From Epithemia pelagica (Eukaryota; Protista; Bacillariophyta), in the NCBI GenBank assembly GCA_946965045.2, contig OX337229.1, positions 1,612,001-1,676,000 of the forward strand: 64,000 bases of DNA. The letters are read 5' to 3'. Each line of letters opens with the position of its first letter. Positions within the stretch are counted from its first letter, which is position 1. The position numbers were made by a program, and so were the translations under genes. Shown piece after piece: positions 34,223-45,736 of the stretch. Below the pieces are notes generated by a model, which was not told the DNA's origin, made no database searches, and saw only the letters and a list, made by a program, of their open reading frames with translations.

Positions 34223-34643
34223 CCTGATCTCTTAATGTGCTTGCAACTGAAAAGACCCTTTCAAAGTGCCAATGTCAAGCCTGATGCTTGAACGAAAGGA
34301 ATTGTGTCTTAATTTGATTCGTACCAAGGGTATTTTTGGAACGGCTTCGTCCATATTTTCCCACTCAGTCCACAGTCATGACTCGAAGCGCGACAGGATA
34401 TTTAGTCGAGAAGGATACCCGGTACCCGGTCGTGGATGTTATGTGATGGGAACCAACTATCTATTCTATGGGTGTTGTGACTGTGGTCCATTCTGCTCTT
34501 GTGCTCTAGCGCTACCAATTACTCCTAGGAGTACCAACCCTAAAAAGATACAGTTGACATATCAAAGTATAGATTCGACAAGCAGGATCAATAAAGCGAC
34601 GTCACAGCTGGAAAGCTTCCAATGCCAGGGAGGTTAAATTTGA

Positions 34644-37600
34644 TCAAAGATAGCCGGGGGCTGTGATGCGGGACGAGAGTTCATCGACGACTTGACTCCG
34701 TCGCTCTCGAACACGCTCTGGTTTGTTGGTATGGGTATCAAATTCTCGTTTGTTCAGCGAAACAAGGCTTTCGTCTCCCGTGTCATTGCTGTCTGCTACG
34801 ATTCTATCGATATTATGGTAGCATCGATCACAAACACGCACCGGACAACTGAGTCCAAGTGATGGCAAGGGAACCCGATTCGATGAACAAGGATCACACA
34901 CAAGAGTTCCACAGCTGCGACAATTGTGCTTGTCTCTAGCCTCTTGCGCCTTGCTACTGGATGTACTCGCCCATGTAAAGCGGCTTGCACAACACGAACA
35001 CGTTGTGTCTTCGTCGAACGCCGTCCACCGAGGTGGATCTTCTGGAGCTAGCCGAACGGTACGAACTTCCAACAAAGCCTCGTAGTAGGATTTGCACTTG
35101 TGGTCAGTCAACATGTTGCCCGCCAAGGAAATATGGCACAGTTCGCGAAAAGACCGAGGGACGTAAACCGCACGATACACTCCGCGATGAGAGTATATGT
35201 GTACAACCTTGCCAGGGACATAAAGACGAGGAAGCGGTGTTTCATCCAAAACAACCATTCCGGGGTTCTCTGTGTCCGAGCTTCGACTTTCCATCGCAGA
35301 AGTTCCCGTGTTGGACAACTGCTTTTGTTCACGGTGAAAGAACGACTTCTCTTTTTCTTGTTGTCGAGCAAGATCATCTACAGCATCTTCAAACCGTTCG
35401 TCTTCGACCAAACTTTCGCCATTCGCTTCAAAGAACTCATCCCCATCAATTACAATTCCACTCGTTTGATGGTCGATCCCTCCCATAAAATCTACCAACA
35501 AACGACTTTCGGGATGGGAGAGCGTCGCATGATCCTCTCCAGATGCGCTACCACATTCAAGGGGAGATTGGGATCCCTTAATCGAAGGACCAGAGCTAAT
35601 CCTCTCAATTTGTCTATCCTCATGTCTTCTCTTTTCTTCATCAACCTTTGTACTGGGTCCGTATTGTCCATCTGCCACTTTCAGGAGTTTGTCTTTAATC
35701 GAGAAAAACTTTTTCCTACCACTATTGTACTGTTTTCGGCAATATCGTTTGATCGATGAAGACGACGGTGTTGACAAAAGAGTGAAGCCTTCCCTCCACC
35801 GCGGTGCCCACACCTGTTTGGCCCGTTCTGTGATTGCCATAAGATCATTCGGCAAATGTTCCTTTACCCAGGTATCCCTGATATGCAGCAAGTGCTTCAA
35901 AAGACCACGACACGACGCAGGACTCAACCTTGGCACTGCGTCATCATGAAGCACTGCCGAGACCACAAAATCTTGCACATTATCTGACAACCGAGCGTCA
36001 ACACAAGCTGGCGTACCGTACGAATACACCCGAAGAGAACGATCATCCTTGTTCTTGGTTCTCGTTTTTTCATCCAATGAGGTGGCTTCCTTAAGCGCTG
36101 GAAAGTCACGGCGCAGGAGGACACCAATCAAAGTTGCCACTGCACCACCAAGCGAGTGTCCCACCAAACGAATACGGTAGCCCTCCAACGCCAAGTAGAG
36201 CAAAGAATCTACATGTTCTCGGTACAGGTTCAGCGCTGCTGCCACCATACCCGACACTGCCAAGCCTTGAGCATCCGTCATGGTAGTCCAATCTTCGCTC
36301 GATACCTTGTACATCTCGGGCTCCGGAAAGGGAACTGGAACTTGTCGTATATCTGTGATAACGTCATGGATAGTCGCAGTGCCACGGACTGCAAGGCACG
36401 CAACACGGTGTTTCTCGTGAACAAATACAGCTGAGGAAGGCCGATTCATGAGAGTTGATGAATCTTGTCGTGGCTCTTTCTGTTGGAGGTACGCATACAA
36501 GAGTCTCCATCCCTGTTGGGCTGCCAAAAGCTGCATGTCGACTTCCTTTTCCGCATATATAAAACTCAGTGCAAGAGGCGCATAAAAGATGAGTGAATTC
36601 AATACCGAATCCGGCAATGGTTCACAAACCGGCGTAATTTCGTGGCTGGTATCCTCAGCAGATATCTGTGGTGCATGGTGATCATTTCCCGGACTCTGCT
36701 CTAGACCATTGTCGGAGGATGAAGACACTGTGACGGTGAAACTTGTGCAACTCGATTCGTCCTCCTTGGGTTCCAAAAGCATATTGGTGCAAGATTGTGG
36801 CATTTCCGGACTGTCCGGTTCGCTTGTCCTTCGCAATGCATGGATTTCATGCTCTCGTTCAGGGTGCAATCCACGAAGTGCACGATGTTGTGCCAAGGCA
36901 TAGAAAATGGCAGCACTTAACTCATGTACAGAAAGGGGCCAGCTTCGGTCATCTATACCAAGGGCTTTCCGCAACATGTCGGCAGCAGCCAAAAATTCCT
37001 GTCTTAGCAGAATTGTATAGATGCCATTCAACCCGTACCGTCGCAGAACCTCAATGGTCTCAACGGCAACGGTTGCCTGAGCACCCAGAGGAATCGACTT
37101 GGCCATGGCAATGGCTGCCTTGGTCAAGCGAACTGCCATATCGTGCATGGTATCCACACCGAGATCAAAGTATGGGCAGAGTGCGTCTTCTGTCAAATCT
37201 CGACATCGAGCAAGCCGCCACGACACGCGTTCCGAGAGATCGTGTTCCAATAATCTTGTCTTACAGGAATTACACACGCGCTCCGGAACTCTATATCCCA
37301 AATGGGGAAGAGGATGAGAATCGGAAGAATGTGCTTGGCAGAAGCTATTTCCACAGAGTCGACAATGGTGACGCAAGCGCGTAGGTCCAAAAGGCTTGTA
37401 GCAGCAATGACAAGTCTCCGCATGTTGCCATTTCGGACGAAGCTTTGGACGTGGCACCAAGGTACGCGCCCGGACAAACTCGTCTTCGTCTTCCTCATCG
37501 TCGCAACTGCTTAAGGAATGCGTTGATGATGAGTCAGTCATGTTGTTATTGTCGTTCCGGATGCTTTGTTCCTGCTTTGTCTGCAATGCTCGTGGATGCT

Positions 37601-38417
37601 CCCCCTCGCAGTGGGAAGAAGATGTGGTTTTAGTGTCTCCTCGTCCATTGTTGACAAAGGTTCTCCATTCCTGTACCATTTGTCGTTCAATCCAGGGAAG
37701 AGAGCTAAAGGGAGGTAAATCATCATCAGTAGAGGAAACATTGCGAAAATAGCCTCTCGTCGGATTCCCTAGCTCCTGGTATTCCTGTCGCCACTCGGTG
37801 GTCAAGGCATACGACAAACGTGCGGAATGGCAGAATCGTCGGACCGATGTCGACAAGAGTTCACGGGCGGCCGCCGGCAAAACTTTGGAAGATATTTCTT
37901 GCCAGGACGGTGAAGGCAAGGGAGCTCCGACAGTTTGTTCTCGTTGACGTCGCAACCGATTTTGGTTTTGTTGAGAAGCACAATGGTTGGAGTGGTCCGC
38001 CGATTCCAGCGTGGAATCAAAGAGAAAATGATCCTCGGTTGTCCTTGTGAAAATCATGGGTTTGGTAACAGTGGAATCATCATCATTCATGACAGGATTT
38101 GCAACTTGTTCGTTCGAAAAGGAGTCGTGACATTGTGAGGATTCCTGAAGATTATCGTGAGTCGTGGTGGTGTGCATCTTGTTTGTGTCGCTACTGTTTC
38201 CCTCGTCTTTTTGGTAATCGAACGCGTGGTGCTGCGGATTGGTGTCTACACCCCTGCATGATGTTGCGTTGGAGTTTGATGATGTCGAAGGAATTGACAT
38301 GTTGCCACTGGTGTCAAACCAAGCACTGGGGGCCGGCAAGAGACCGTCGAGTTCCTCTTCCTCCCTATTATTCCTCGGTGTCACCACGCTATGCGGACTG
38401 AATTCCATCACTTCCAT
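34644..38417 (-). CDS. FYVE - class 3 lipase - FYVE protein (1257 aa)
   Basis: FYVE1 W..AETCHCC..RHHCRLCG..RVCNSC; lipase AVRGT, VGHSLGGA, DAVPR; FYVE2 CSCC..KHNCRSCG..RVCDRC. Confidence 0.88.
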   Translation of the reverse strand: MEVMEFSPHSVVTPRNNREEEELDGLLPAPSAWFDTSGNMSIPSTSSNSNATSCRGVDTNPQHHAFDYQKDEGNSSDTNKMHTTTTHDNLQESSQCHDSFSNEQVANPVMNDDDSTVTKPMIFTRTTEDHFLFDSTLESADHSNHCASQQNQNRLRRQREQTVGAPLPSPSWQEISSKVLPAAARELLSTSVRRFCHSARLSYALTTEWRQEYQELGNPTRGYFRNVSSTDDDLPPFSSLPWIERQMVQEWRTFVNNGRGDTKTTSSSHCEGEHPRALQTKQEQSIRNDNNNMTDSSSTHSLSSCDDEEDEDEFVRARTLVPRPKLRPKWQHAETCHCCYKPFGPTRLRHHCRLCGNSFCQAHSSDSHPLPHLGYRVPERVCNSCKTRLLEHDLSERVSWRLARCRDLTEDALCPYFDLGVDTMHDMAVRLTKAAIAMAKSIPLGAQATVAVETIEVLRRYGLNGIYTILLRQEFLAAADMLRKALGIDDRSWPLSVHELSAAIFYALAQHRALRGLHPEREHEIHALRRTSEPDSPEMPQSCTNMLLEPKEDESSCTSFTVTVSSSSDNGLEQSPGNDHHAPQISAEDTSHEITPVCEPLPDSVLNSLIFYAPLALSFIYAEKEVDMQLLAAQQGWRLLYAYLQQKEPRQDSSTLMNRPSSAVFVHEKHRVACLAVRGTATIHDVITDIRQVPVPFPEPEMYKVSSEDWTTMTDAQGLAVSGMVAAALNLYREHVDSLLYLALEGYRIRLVGHSLGGAVATLIGVLLRRDFPALKEATSLDEKTRTKNKDDRSLRVYSYGTPACVDARLSDNVQDFVVSAVLHDDAVPRLSPASCRGLLKHLLHIRDTWVKEHLPNDLMAITERAKQVWAPRWREGFTLLSTPSSSSIKRYCRKQYNSGRKKFFSIKDKLLKVADGQYGPSTKVDEEKRRHEDRQIERISSGPSIKGSQSPLECGSASGEDHATLSHPESRLLVDFMGGIDHQTSGIVIDGDEFFEANGESLVEDERFEDAVDDLARQQEKEKSFFHREQKQLSNTGTSAMESRSSDTENPGMVVLDETPLPRLYVPGKVVHIYSHRGVYRAVYVPRSFRELCHISLAGNMLTDHKCKSYYEALLEVRTVRLAPEDPPRWTAFDEDTTCSCCASRFTWASTSSSKAQEARDKHNCRSCGTLVCDPCSSNRVPLPSLGLSCPVRVCDRCYHNIDRIVADSNDTGDESLVSLNKREFDTHTNKPERVRERRSQVVDELSSRITAPGYL

Positions 38418-38983
38418 TGCAGTAATCGTCCTTCTCTTCTTGCACGTATCTTTGACGCCACGGTAAGACTATGTTGGATGAAGCGCAGTCTTTGTTGGCT
38501 GGTATTCTTGAGTATCACCGGACGGATTCGATCAACAAGAACAAAAAGCAGCGAAACATCGAACGAAGAGAGAGCGAAGCTCATTCACGACAAAACCTCT
38601 TTTGATCACGAGTGCGACCGAAGAACATCACTACGTAGCGAAATCGATTCAAGTATTATTAGTATCTATATATTGATTGCAGAAGATTCATCATCCGGGG
38701 AGTAGTATTGCACGGTCTTATTCCCCAGCGGGATGTTTCGGAGGAAGGAGTAGTCTGTAGAACGTCATCGCTGTCCATTCAATTATCTCTTCGCTTTTTT
38801 TCTGTGTGCCGACATTGACAGAGGTCTTTGTCCACAAAACATCATATCGTAGACCACAGGGAAAACTATCTCGTTGGTTAGATCTCGCATGGATCAAACC
38901 AGACTTTTGTGAAGCATCATTTCCTACAGCGCGAACTGGTGCGAAAGGAGCTCGGTAGTTGTCTGGCTGGTTCGCAAACGATC

Positions 38984-40972
38984 ATGTCAGTGTCGTGCTT
39001 ATCCAACCGACGTGAGCATCGGCAATCGCCCAGAAGAATACGCGAAGCGAGAGAAAGAAGACCGAACATTGCCCGATGGGATTATGGATTCTTCGTCCTT
39101 TCACCATTGGCTCTTTCGATGCTCTTTTTCGCGCATCATGTTCAGGGTTTCGTTTTCTTGGCTCATGTGTTTCCATCGAACCGTGCTATCAATCGATCTC
39201 CTCGACAAATATCACCTCATTCTATCAGCATTTCGAATACTGAGAATGATGCCACCATATGGAGAACACAGTCGTCGACAACTTCGGTGCACTGCCAGAA
39301 AGAGCCAAGCCATGTGGACCAAGAACATCGTCATGTTGACGGTCATGCGTCGAATCCTTCGTTGCAGGCAGCGGCTGATGGCTTGATGCTCAGTGAAGTG
39401 GATGTGTTGTATGACCGGAGCTCAGAACTTCTTTATGACCCCGTTCTCGACCGATATCGAAAGGCAACTAGTGCGGATTACGCCGACGTCTTATCATCGG
39501 TCAACAGTCCTCCTCGCCACGGGATGGGTCGAATGATTTGGAACACGATTGCTCCACGATTATCCGTCGCCTTTCTCCCAGCTGGTGTCACTCCCAATTA
39601 CTATCGATTTATGCGATGGAGAGTTCTACAGCGCTTTGTCAATGCCAATTTACACGTGTTTGGAACGCAGTCCCTCCTCATGGGATTGGGGATCAAGTCT
39701 TCCTCGAGTCAACTGGGCGCCCTGTCGGCCGCCCTCAAATGGGTCCTCAAGGATGCCTTGGGAAAAATTGTTCGCATGACATGGGCATCACGAATGGGAC
39801 GACGGTTCGACTCGGATGCCAAACGCTGGCGATTTCGCAGTGCCTATGTGTATGCCATGGGTAACTTTTTGGAAATCACCACCTACATTATACCCAACAT
39901 GTTCTTGGTATGGGCCACTCTGGCCAATTGCTGTAAGCAAGTGAGTATGTTGACATCGTCCAGCACTCGGACATCGATCTACAATTCGTTTCGAGATGGA
40001 AGTCGGGAAAACATTGGTGATATTACCGCCAAGGGAGAAGCCCAGATTGCGGTTGTGGACTTGCTTGGTATTGCCAGTGGAGTTTCGCTCAGCCGGCTGG
40101 TGGGGACATCGGCGCAAAGTATTGTCCTTGTGTACGCCATGTTGCAAGCGTTTGAAATTGTCTGCATGTATCGACAACTCCGTACGGTAGTTTACCGAGT
40201 GTTGAACTTTGAGCGCATGTCAGAGGTGATTGATGAGTTTTTAGATTCAACAACACAAACAACGTTGCAATCGTCACATGTGGATCTCCATGAACACCAA
40301 AATGCCGACCTATCAAGAGTGCATGTGGTCAACGGTACTCCTGCACAAAGCGAGGAACAATACGCGATTCATGGATCAAAGGAGAGGTTCTACGTGCCAA
40401 GCGCCATTAAGACTCCTGATGAAATGGCTCGAACAGAACGCATTTTCTTACCCCCTAAAAGATTGGCACGACGAGCAAATGCGTTTGGATCCCTCGGACG
40501 GACAAAGTTGTCTCCAGCAGAGCTCGAACGGCTGCTGCAAATATTTGCCAAGGAGCGATTCCTGCTGGTTGTGGGTCAAAATATCAAACATGGCACAACG
40601 ACAAGAATACGACAACGCAGACTCTCCAAGGAAGAAGTCCTGAAAGAGAACTGTCACATCGTGTTGCATAAAGACGCTACCAACTCTGATATCGTCAAGG
40701 CTTCCTTGGCGTTGCTACTACTTCGGAGAAAACTTGTCGCGGCGAGCTCAGAATTAGATCCTTCGACAGTACGGTCGTCGGATTGCTTCCATATGGTGGA
40801 AGAATCGCTGAAGCAGACTGAAGATTTGTATGGCTTGTTTCGGAGGCACCTTTCCAAACAAGGATGGGAATCTCCCGCTCGATTCATGTTTGGACGGGTT
40901 CATATGCGCGCTGAATGGCCACTGGCTAAAACAACAAAGACTCGAGTATCTTCCAGCAATCTTCAATCATAA
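38984..40972 (+). CDS. RUS1/DUF647 (root UVB-sensitive) family protein; start uncertain
   Basis: FLPAGVTPNYYRFMRWR, AALKWVLKDALGK, RFDSDAKRWRF, ENIGDITAKGEAQ, LNFERM. Confidence 0.88.
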   Translation: MSVSCLSNRREHRQSPRRIREARERRPNIARWDYGFFVLSPLALSMLFFAHHVQGFVFLAHVFPSNRAINRSPRQISPHSISISNTENDATIWRTQSSTTSVHCQKEPSHVDQEHRHVDGHASNPSLQAAADGLMLSEVDVLYDRSSELLYDPVLDRYRKATSADYADVLSSVNSPPRHGMGRMIWNTIAPRLSVAFLPAGVTPNYYRFMRWRVLQRFVNANLHVFGTQSLLMGLGIKSSSSQLGALSAALKWVLKDALGKIVRMTWASRMGRRFDSDAKRWRFRSAYVYAMGNFLEITTYIIPNMFLVWATLANCCKQVSMLTSSSTRTSIYNSFRDGSRENIGDITAKGEAQIAVVDLLGIASGVSLSRLVGTSAQSIVLVYAMLQAFEIVCMYRQLRTVVYRVLNFERMSEVIDEFLDSTTQTTLQSSHVDLHEHQNADLSRVHVVNGTPAQSEEQYAIHGSKERFYVPSAIKTPDEMARTERIFLPPKRLARRANAFGSLGRTKLSPAELERLLQIFAKERFLLVVGQNIKHGTTTRIRQRRLSKEEVLKENCHIVLHKDATNSDIVKASLALLLLRRKLVAASSELDPSTVRSSDCFHMVEESLKQTEDLYGLFRRHLSKQGWESPARFMFGRVHMRAEWPLAKTTKTRVSSSNLQS

Positions 40973-41285
40973 GCTAGTCGACTACGGTGGTACGATTCAA
41001 ACGTTCCGGAAAAGACCTATTTCTATTTGGTGGCATTTTCCCAATCACACTTGAGGACGAGCTCATTAGCCACCATGGATTTTCGGAAAGGCGTAAACCC
41101 ATGATTGAAGCTTTTCGCATGGGTTCAGAAACTATCTACCGACAACCCCTTGCGAATTACTCCTATGTTATCTATCACCTCGATGTTGTTTCTGCGCACA
41201 TAGAGACCCTTAATTTTCTGAAGTCAAGAACGTACATAGCTATTTCAGATTCTTTCCTTACAATACATACATTACAACACGAGGT

Positions 41286-42991
41286 TTAAATGGCAGTTCC
41301 ATGGTCATAATCGTCATTCGTAACATCGACTGGCCCACCAGCGTCCTCGCCATCGCTAGACCGCCCAAAGGCTCCTGGTGGCACAAAACTCTGTTGCTGA
41401 TCGAACGTGGCAGCGACATTATGGTGTTGCCCGTCATCATTATTCTGTGTGTCTACTGGTTCGGCACCAGGATCATTGGTCTCAACAGGTTCATCTTGGG
41501 GATCGTTTGGTTGGTTCGTGGGAGGCATAGACGAGTCCATACCGAAGTTGCCTCCAGCACTGCCAATTCCAAATTGGGTGCCACCTCCGGCCTGTTGCCC
41601 CCCAAACTGTCCACCATTCGGCTGACCATACATGCCCATACCGCCACCACGGCCGTTGCCCATGAGCGGATTCATTTGTTGGTTAGCAAGCAGCTGCTGC
41701 AACAGTTGTTGTTGTTGCATCTGTGGATTAAACGGTCCTGGACCCATAAAATGTCCTTGTTGACCACCTTGGCCGCCTGTCGGCTGGCCACCTTGCATAC
41801 CAAAATTCATATTCATGTCTCCTTGTCCCTGTTGAGGTGGGAAACCATAGTACGCAGCACCCATACCTGACATATCATGCGTCATACTTTCCATTGAGCC
41901 ATTGTTTGCATTCCTAGCTGCTTCGTTCGCTCTATTTTCTGCCGTTTGCATGGCCATAGCTTCCCGTTCCTTGCGCTCTGCTTTCTTTTCGTCAGAGACC
42001 TTCTTTCGCCACTTCGCCATCGCGACTTTGTAAGTTTGGCGAAGCTCAGCTTCTTCGTCCATATATTTCCGACGAAGCTCTTCAGGAGCTTCTTTCCAAG
42101 TTTTTGACAACATCTTTGAGAGATCGGCATTCGTAGCATCAGGATGTTGTCGCTTCAATGCTGCTCGGCGCTTATTGGAGAACGCCAAGAACGCAGACTG
42201 CATCAAACATATTCGTCATCAATGAGAACACGAAATCAATGGACCAGCAAAAAGAACCAGGGCACTCACCATCGGTCGTTTAGGAGCAGTGGGATCTTTC
42301 GGAGTTCGCTTGTTCGCAGGTACTTTCCATGGACCTTTGTACATTGCTTTTTCAACTTCGTAGCGAGCTTTGTCTTTGCGGGCCTTCTTTTCCCATATTT
42401 CCTTCTGGTCAGGGGCAAGCTCGCGCCATGCCTCGGAAACCAACTTGGCAATATCGGTGGTCTATGTGGTGGGAGTAACGCATCAAAGCTTAGAACATTC
42501 ACAAGGGTCCCTTCAGCGACCACGACTGAAGTTCCTTACCTTTTCTGATCTTCCTTGCTTCGCGAGGTCTTCTTTGATTTCCTTATGTTTCTCAGCGCTA
42601 AAGATAATAAACGCAGACTTGAAACGTTTCGGAGCGTCGGGTGCCTTCTTGTACTTTGGAGCGGCAACAGTTTTACTGGGAGGCTGCATGCGGGCCGTAA
42701 CGTCCAGGATTTGTCGTTCCTGCAATTGGTCCGCTTGCGGAACCATCATGGTAGGGGGAAATGGCAACTCATTTCCTGAAACACAACAAAATGTGAGGAA
42801 CAAATTCTACTATTTGTTTCCTCATCAGGTCACGTAAGTAGACCGGGAATGAGGCCTTGCAAGTCATCCGCCATGAACATTTAAAAGTCTCAAAAAATCA
42901 TCATAGTTTGTCTCTTACAACACAACAAAATAGTTGCTGCGCCAATGTGTTATGGTTCCATACCTGGAGTTTGTGGTGGAAGTCCATCCAT
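41286..42991 (-). CDS. Double HMG-box transcription factor with Q/G/M-rich C-terminus (exons about 42991-42964, 42775-42540, 42461-42270, 42197-41286)
   Basis: KAPDAPKRFKSAFIIF...|TTDIAKLVSEAWREL and KDPTAPKRPM|SAFLAFS...LSKMLSKTWK; GT-AG introns reconstruct the frame. First exon tentative. Confidence 0.88.
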
Positions 42992-44521
42992 TTTGCACAA
43001 TTGAATCAGACACTCTTTGAATGTATAGGCTTGGAAGTAGTCGGTCAAAGAAACCACAACCTTTGAACAAAAAAAACAACAGCAAGACAGAGACAGTGCA
43101 ACAACCTGTTGATCCTTGTCAGTGTGGTGAATTGTGTTCAGCGCTCTCTCGTTCACACACTTCTGTACTCACTTTGTCGTACTTTTCTACCGAGAGTTTC
43201 TACGAAGACGTAGATGCGAAAAGAAGGGGAGAATCACACACACGTTTAGGAAAAAGGAAAGACGGTTAGGGGCAATTATATATAAGACATCAGCGCTATG
43301 TCGAGTTTCTAAGTAGAATGCGAATCGTAAGTGTCAGACCGCTAACTCAGAAAGATACATACACGTTTTTGAAATAATTATTGGTAACGACGAAATTGGT
43401 CGCAGAAGAAGAAAAGCAGCTAGGTAGGGCATTTAGCTACTCTAGCTAGCTAACGTAGTACTCCTCTAGCTCTAAAGAGTAGAGCATCCGTGTCCTGTAC
43501 AAGCTCTTCGTCCAGACCTACTCCTACAATATTGTATTTCCCATCTCTCCCATCTCTAGCCTCCAAAAGAAGTAGGAGTATTCCATACTCTTGCTCCTAG
43601 AGGTAACTACTCCTAGTAGGTAGGAGGTAGGAGTAATTCGCAACTTCGAGGAGTCTCGTTAAAACTGACTCCATGAATTCATGAAACAAAAATATGAAGG
43701 CCGCCTACTCATAATATAGAGCAGTAGACCAAATTGACCAGCTGCATATAGTTTGACCAATGACCAGTCAAATGATTCGCTCAAGCGATTTGTGACATTT
43801 TTGAATTCCGATTGACAAGGAAGTGACCTACAGTCGTGTCAATTGATGTCCATTCGACAAAGTTCTGCGGGAACCATCTGGTTTCCGATGCTTGTATCCA
43901 GTCTCCAATGCGAAATCGCCTACCTAAACACCTGGGACACGTGAATTCATTGTTGTAGTTCTATGGCGCTTGGTGCCTCGATCCTTGCCAGAAACGAGAA
44001 GATGATGTTGTGCGCTGTGAGTTGTGTGATTGTTGCCATCACAGAAACTATAGATAAATCGCCCGACTCTCACGATTGTCTGAAAGATTGCCAGGCGTGA
44101 CACTTGGTCTTGTTTGATCTTGCCCAAGGATGGAGTCTAACATTGTATTTAATCGGATATTTGTAGTTAACGCATCAAAACTTCTTCTCTTTCAATGGGC
44201 AATAACATAAATTGTTTCAGTCGTGTATCCGTATTAGTGCCTTTTGTATAAGCCTATTCTTGTATTTGAGAAACAGTAGGTCAGTGGCGCGTTGGGATAG
44301 AATTTTAGATGCAGTGACTGGACGTGCTAAGGGGAAAGGAAAGAGCTGGCACATTTTATTACTTCGTGCATGGATACAACATTAGTTTAATAATTCATCC
44401 GTTGGGGTCAACGGACCAAAATTGGGTCCACCAAACATCGAACCAACACGATCTCACAATTTCAAGAAACATAACCGCTTGAAATCACTGAAGAAGAGCA
44501 TCCACCAAAATAGCAACTATC

Positions 44522-45424
44522 ATGAACAAGATGAGAACGGTTGGAAGTCTTCTTCTAGCATCCGTGGGATGTACGAAGGGAATGGAGGGATTTATCGGGA
44601 CACCAACGGGAACTCTCGATCCGCAGAAAAGAAGACAGCTGGAATCTATTCTCAAACAACGGAATGCCCCAGAAACGGTGTCTTCGGGACCCGCTAACCC
44701 TGATGTCAGTCGTGACCTCTACCGGCCGTACGATGACTATTACTACGACGATTATATGCCTTATGGACATGACGACTACGCCTATGGGTACGATTACTAC
44801 GGGAAGAAAGGATACCGGTACGGAGACGATGATGACTACTACGCGCCTAAAAACGGATACGGAGGGAAGAAGAGAGGCAAAGGCAAAGGGGGCAAGAAAA
44901 AGGCCAAGTCATATGCGAACGATAATGCTTGTGAGCTGTTTGTCACTGAGGAACATTTCCGGTTCGGAGCAAGCAACGTGACTATCCCTGTCATGGACGG
45001 AGGCAACTCTACAGACATTGGAACAAAGTACATTTGGGCCGGCCAGTACCTCGAAGACCCGGCATCGATGCATCCTCTTGGAGCAATGATTCACGGAACA
45101 TGTACGAGAACTTTAGATGCCGGAGACAATTCTGCGGGTCAATGCGACTTTACTATCATCGAGACATCCAAAGGAACATACGATCAAATGCAGTTCAGTG
45201 GCGTTCTTCAAGGTGCAGGTGGCAACTTGCTAATAACAGGGGGATCAGGAAACTTTGTCGGCCTTATCGGAGATGCCAAAATAATGGCCTTTCCCGGTGG
45301 AGACCCACTTGAAGATGCCTCGTTCTATGATGTTACACTGGTAATTGGCTTGATTGTATGTCCACCACAATTTGATCCAAATGCGTTTGGAATTACCGAT
45401 GATCACTACTACTACTATCCTTGA
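44522..45424 (+). CDS. Secreted Tyr/Asp- and Lys/Gly-rich protein with C-terminal dirigent/allene-oxide-cyclase-like beta-barrel
   Basis: Signal peptide; DDYYYDDY and GGKKRGKGKGGKKK tracts; HGTCTRT...GQCDFTI...LLITGGSGNFVGLIG motif. Confidence 0.7.
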   Translation: MNKMRTVGSLLLASVGCTKGMEGFIGTPTGTLDPQKRRQLESILKQRNAPETVSSGPANPDVSRDLYRPYDDYYYDDYMPYGHDDYAYGYDYYGKKGYRYGDDDDYYAPKNGYGGKKRGKGKGGKKKAKSYANDNACELFVTEEHFRFGASNVTIPVMDGGNSTDIGTKYIWAGQYLEDPASMHPLGAMIHGTCTRTLDAGDNSAGQCDFTIIETSKGTYDQMQFSGVLQGAGGNLLITGGSGNFVGLIGDAKIMAFPGGDPLEDASFYDVTLVIGLIVCPPQFDPNAFGITDDHYYYYP

Positions 45425-45736
45425 TACAGGGTTACAGGCGGGTTGTAATGTCGTGTTGGAATGGTATGGGCACTAAATAGCGAGCATACGAAAAAAGCAG
45501 TATAAAGTTTTCACACGTGAATAGTATTACATGTTATTTGATCATACTGCTCCTTGTTTTCATTTGTCAACATACTCCTAGTTCATAACGGGCCAGCTTT
45601 CTGTGCATTTCTTTTAAGATAACAGTTGGCCTATTCGTTTTATCTCTCAGGTGCACCAATTCTTTTTAAAAAGTCGATACGAAGAGGTCGCAAGTGTTCT
45701 ATCATTATGAATCCTTTCGGTGTTTTTCTTTCCTTC

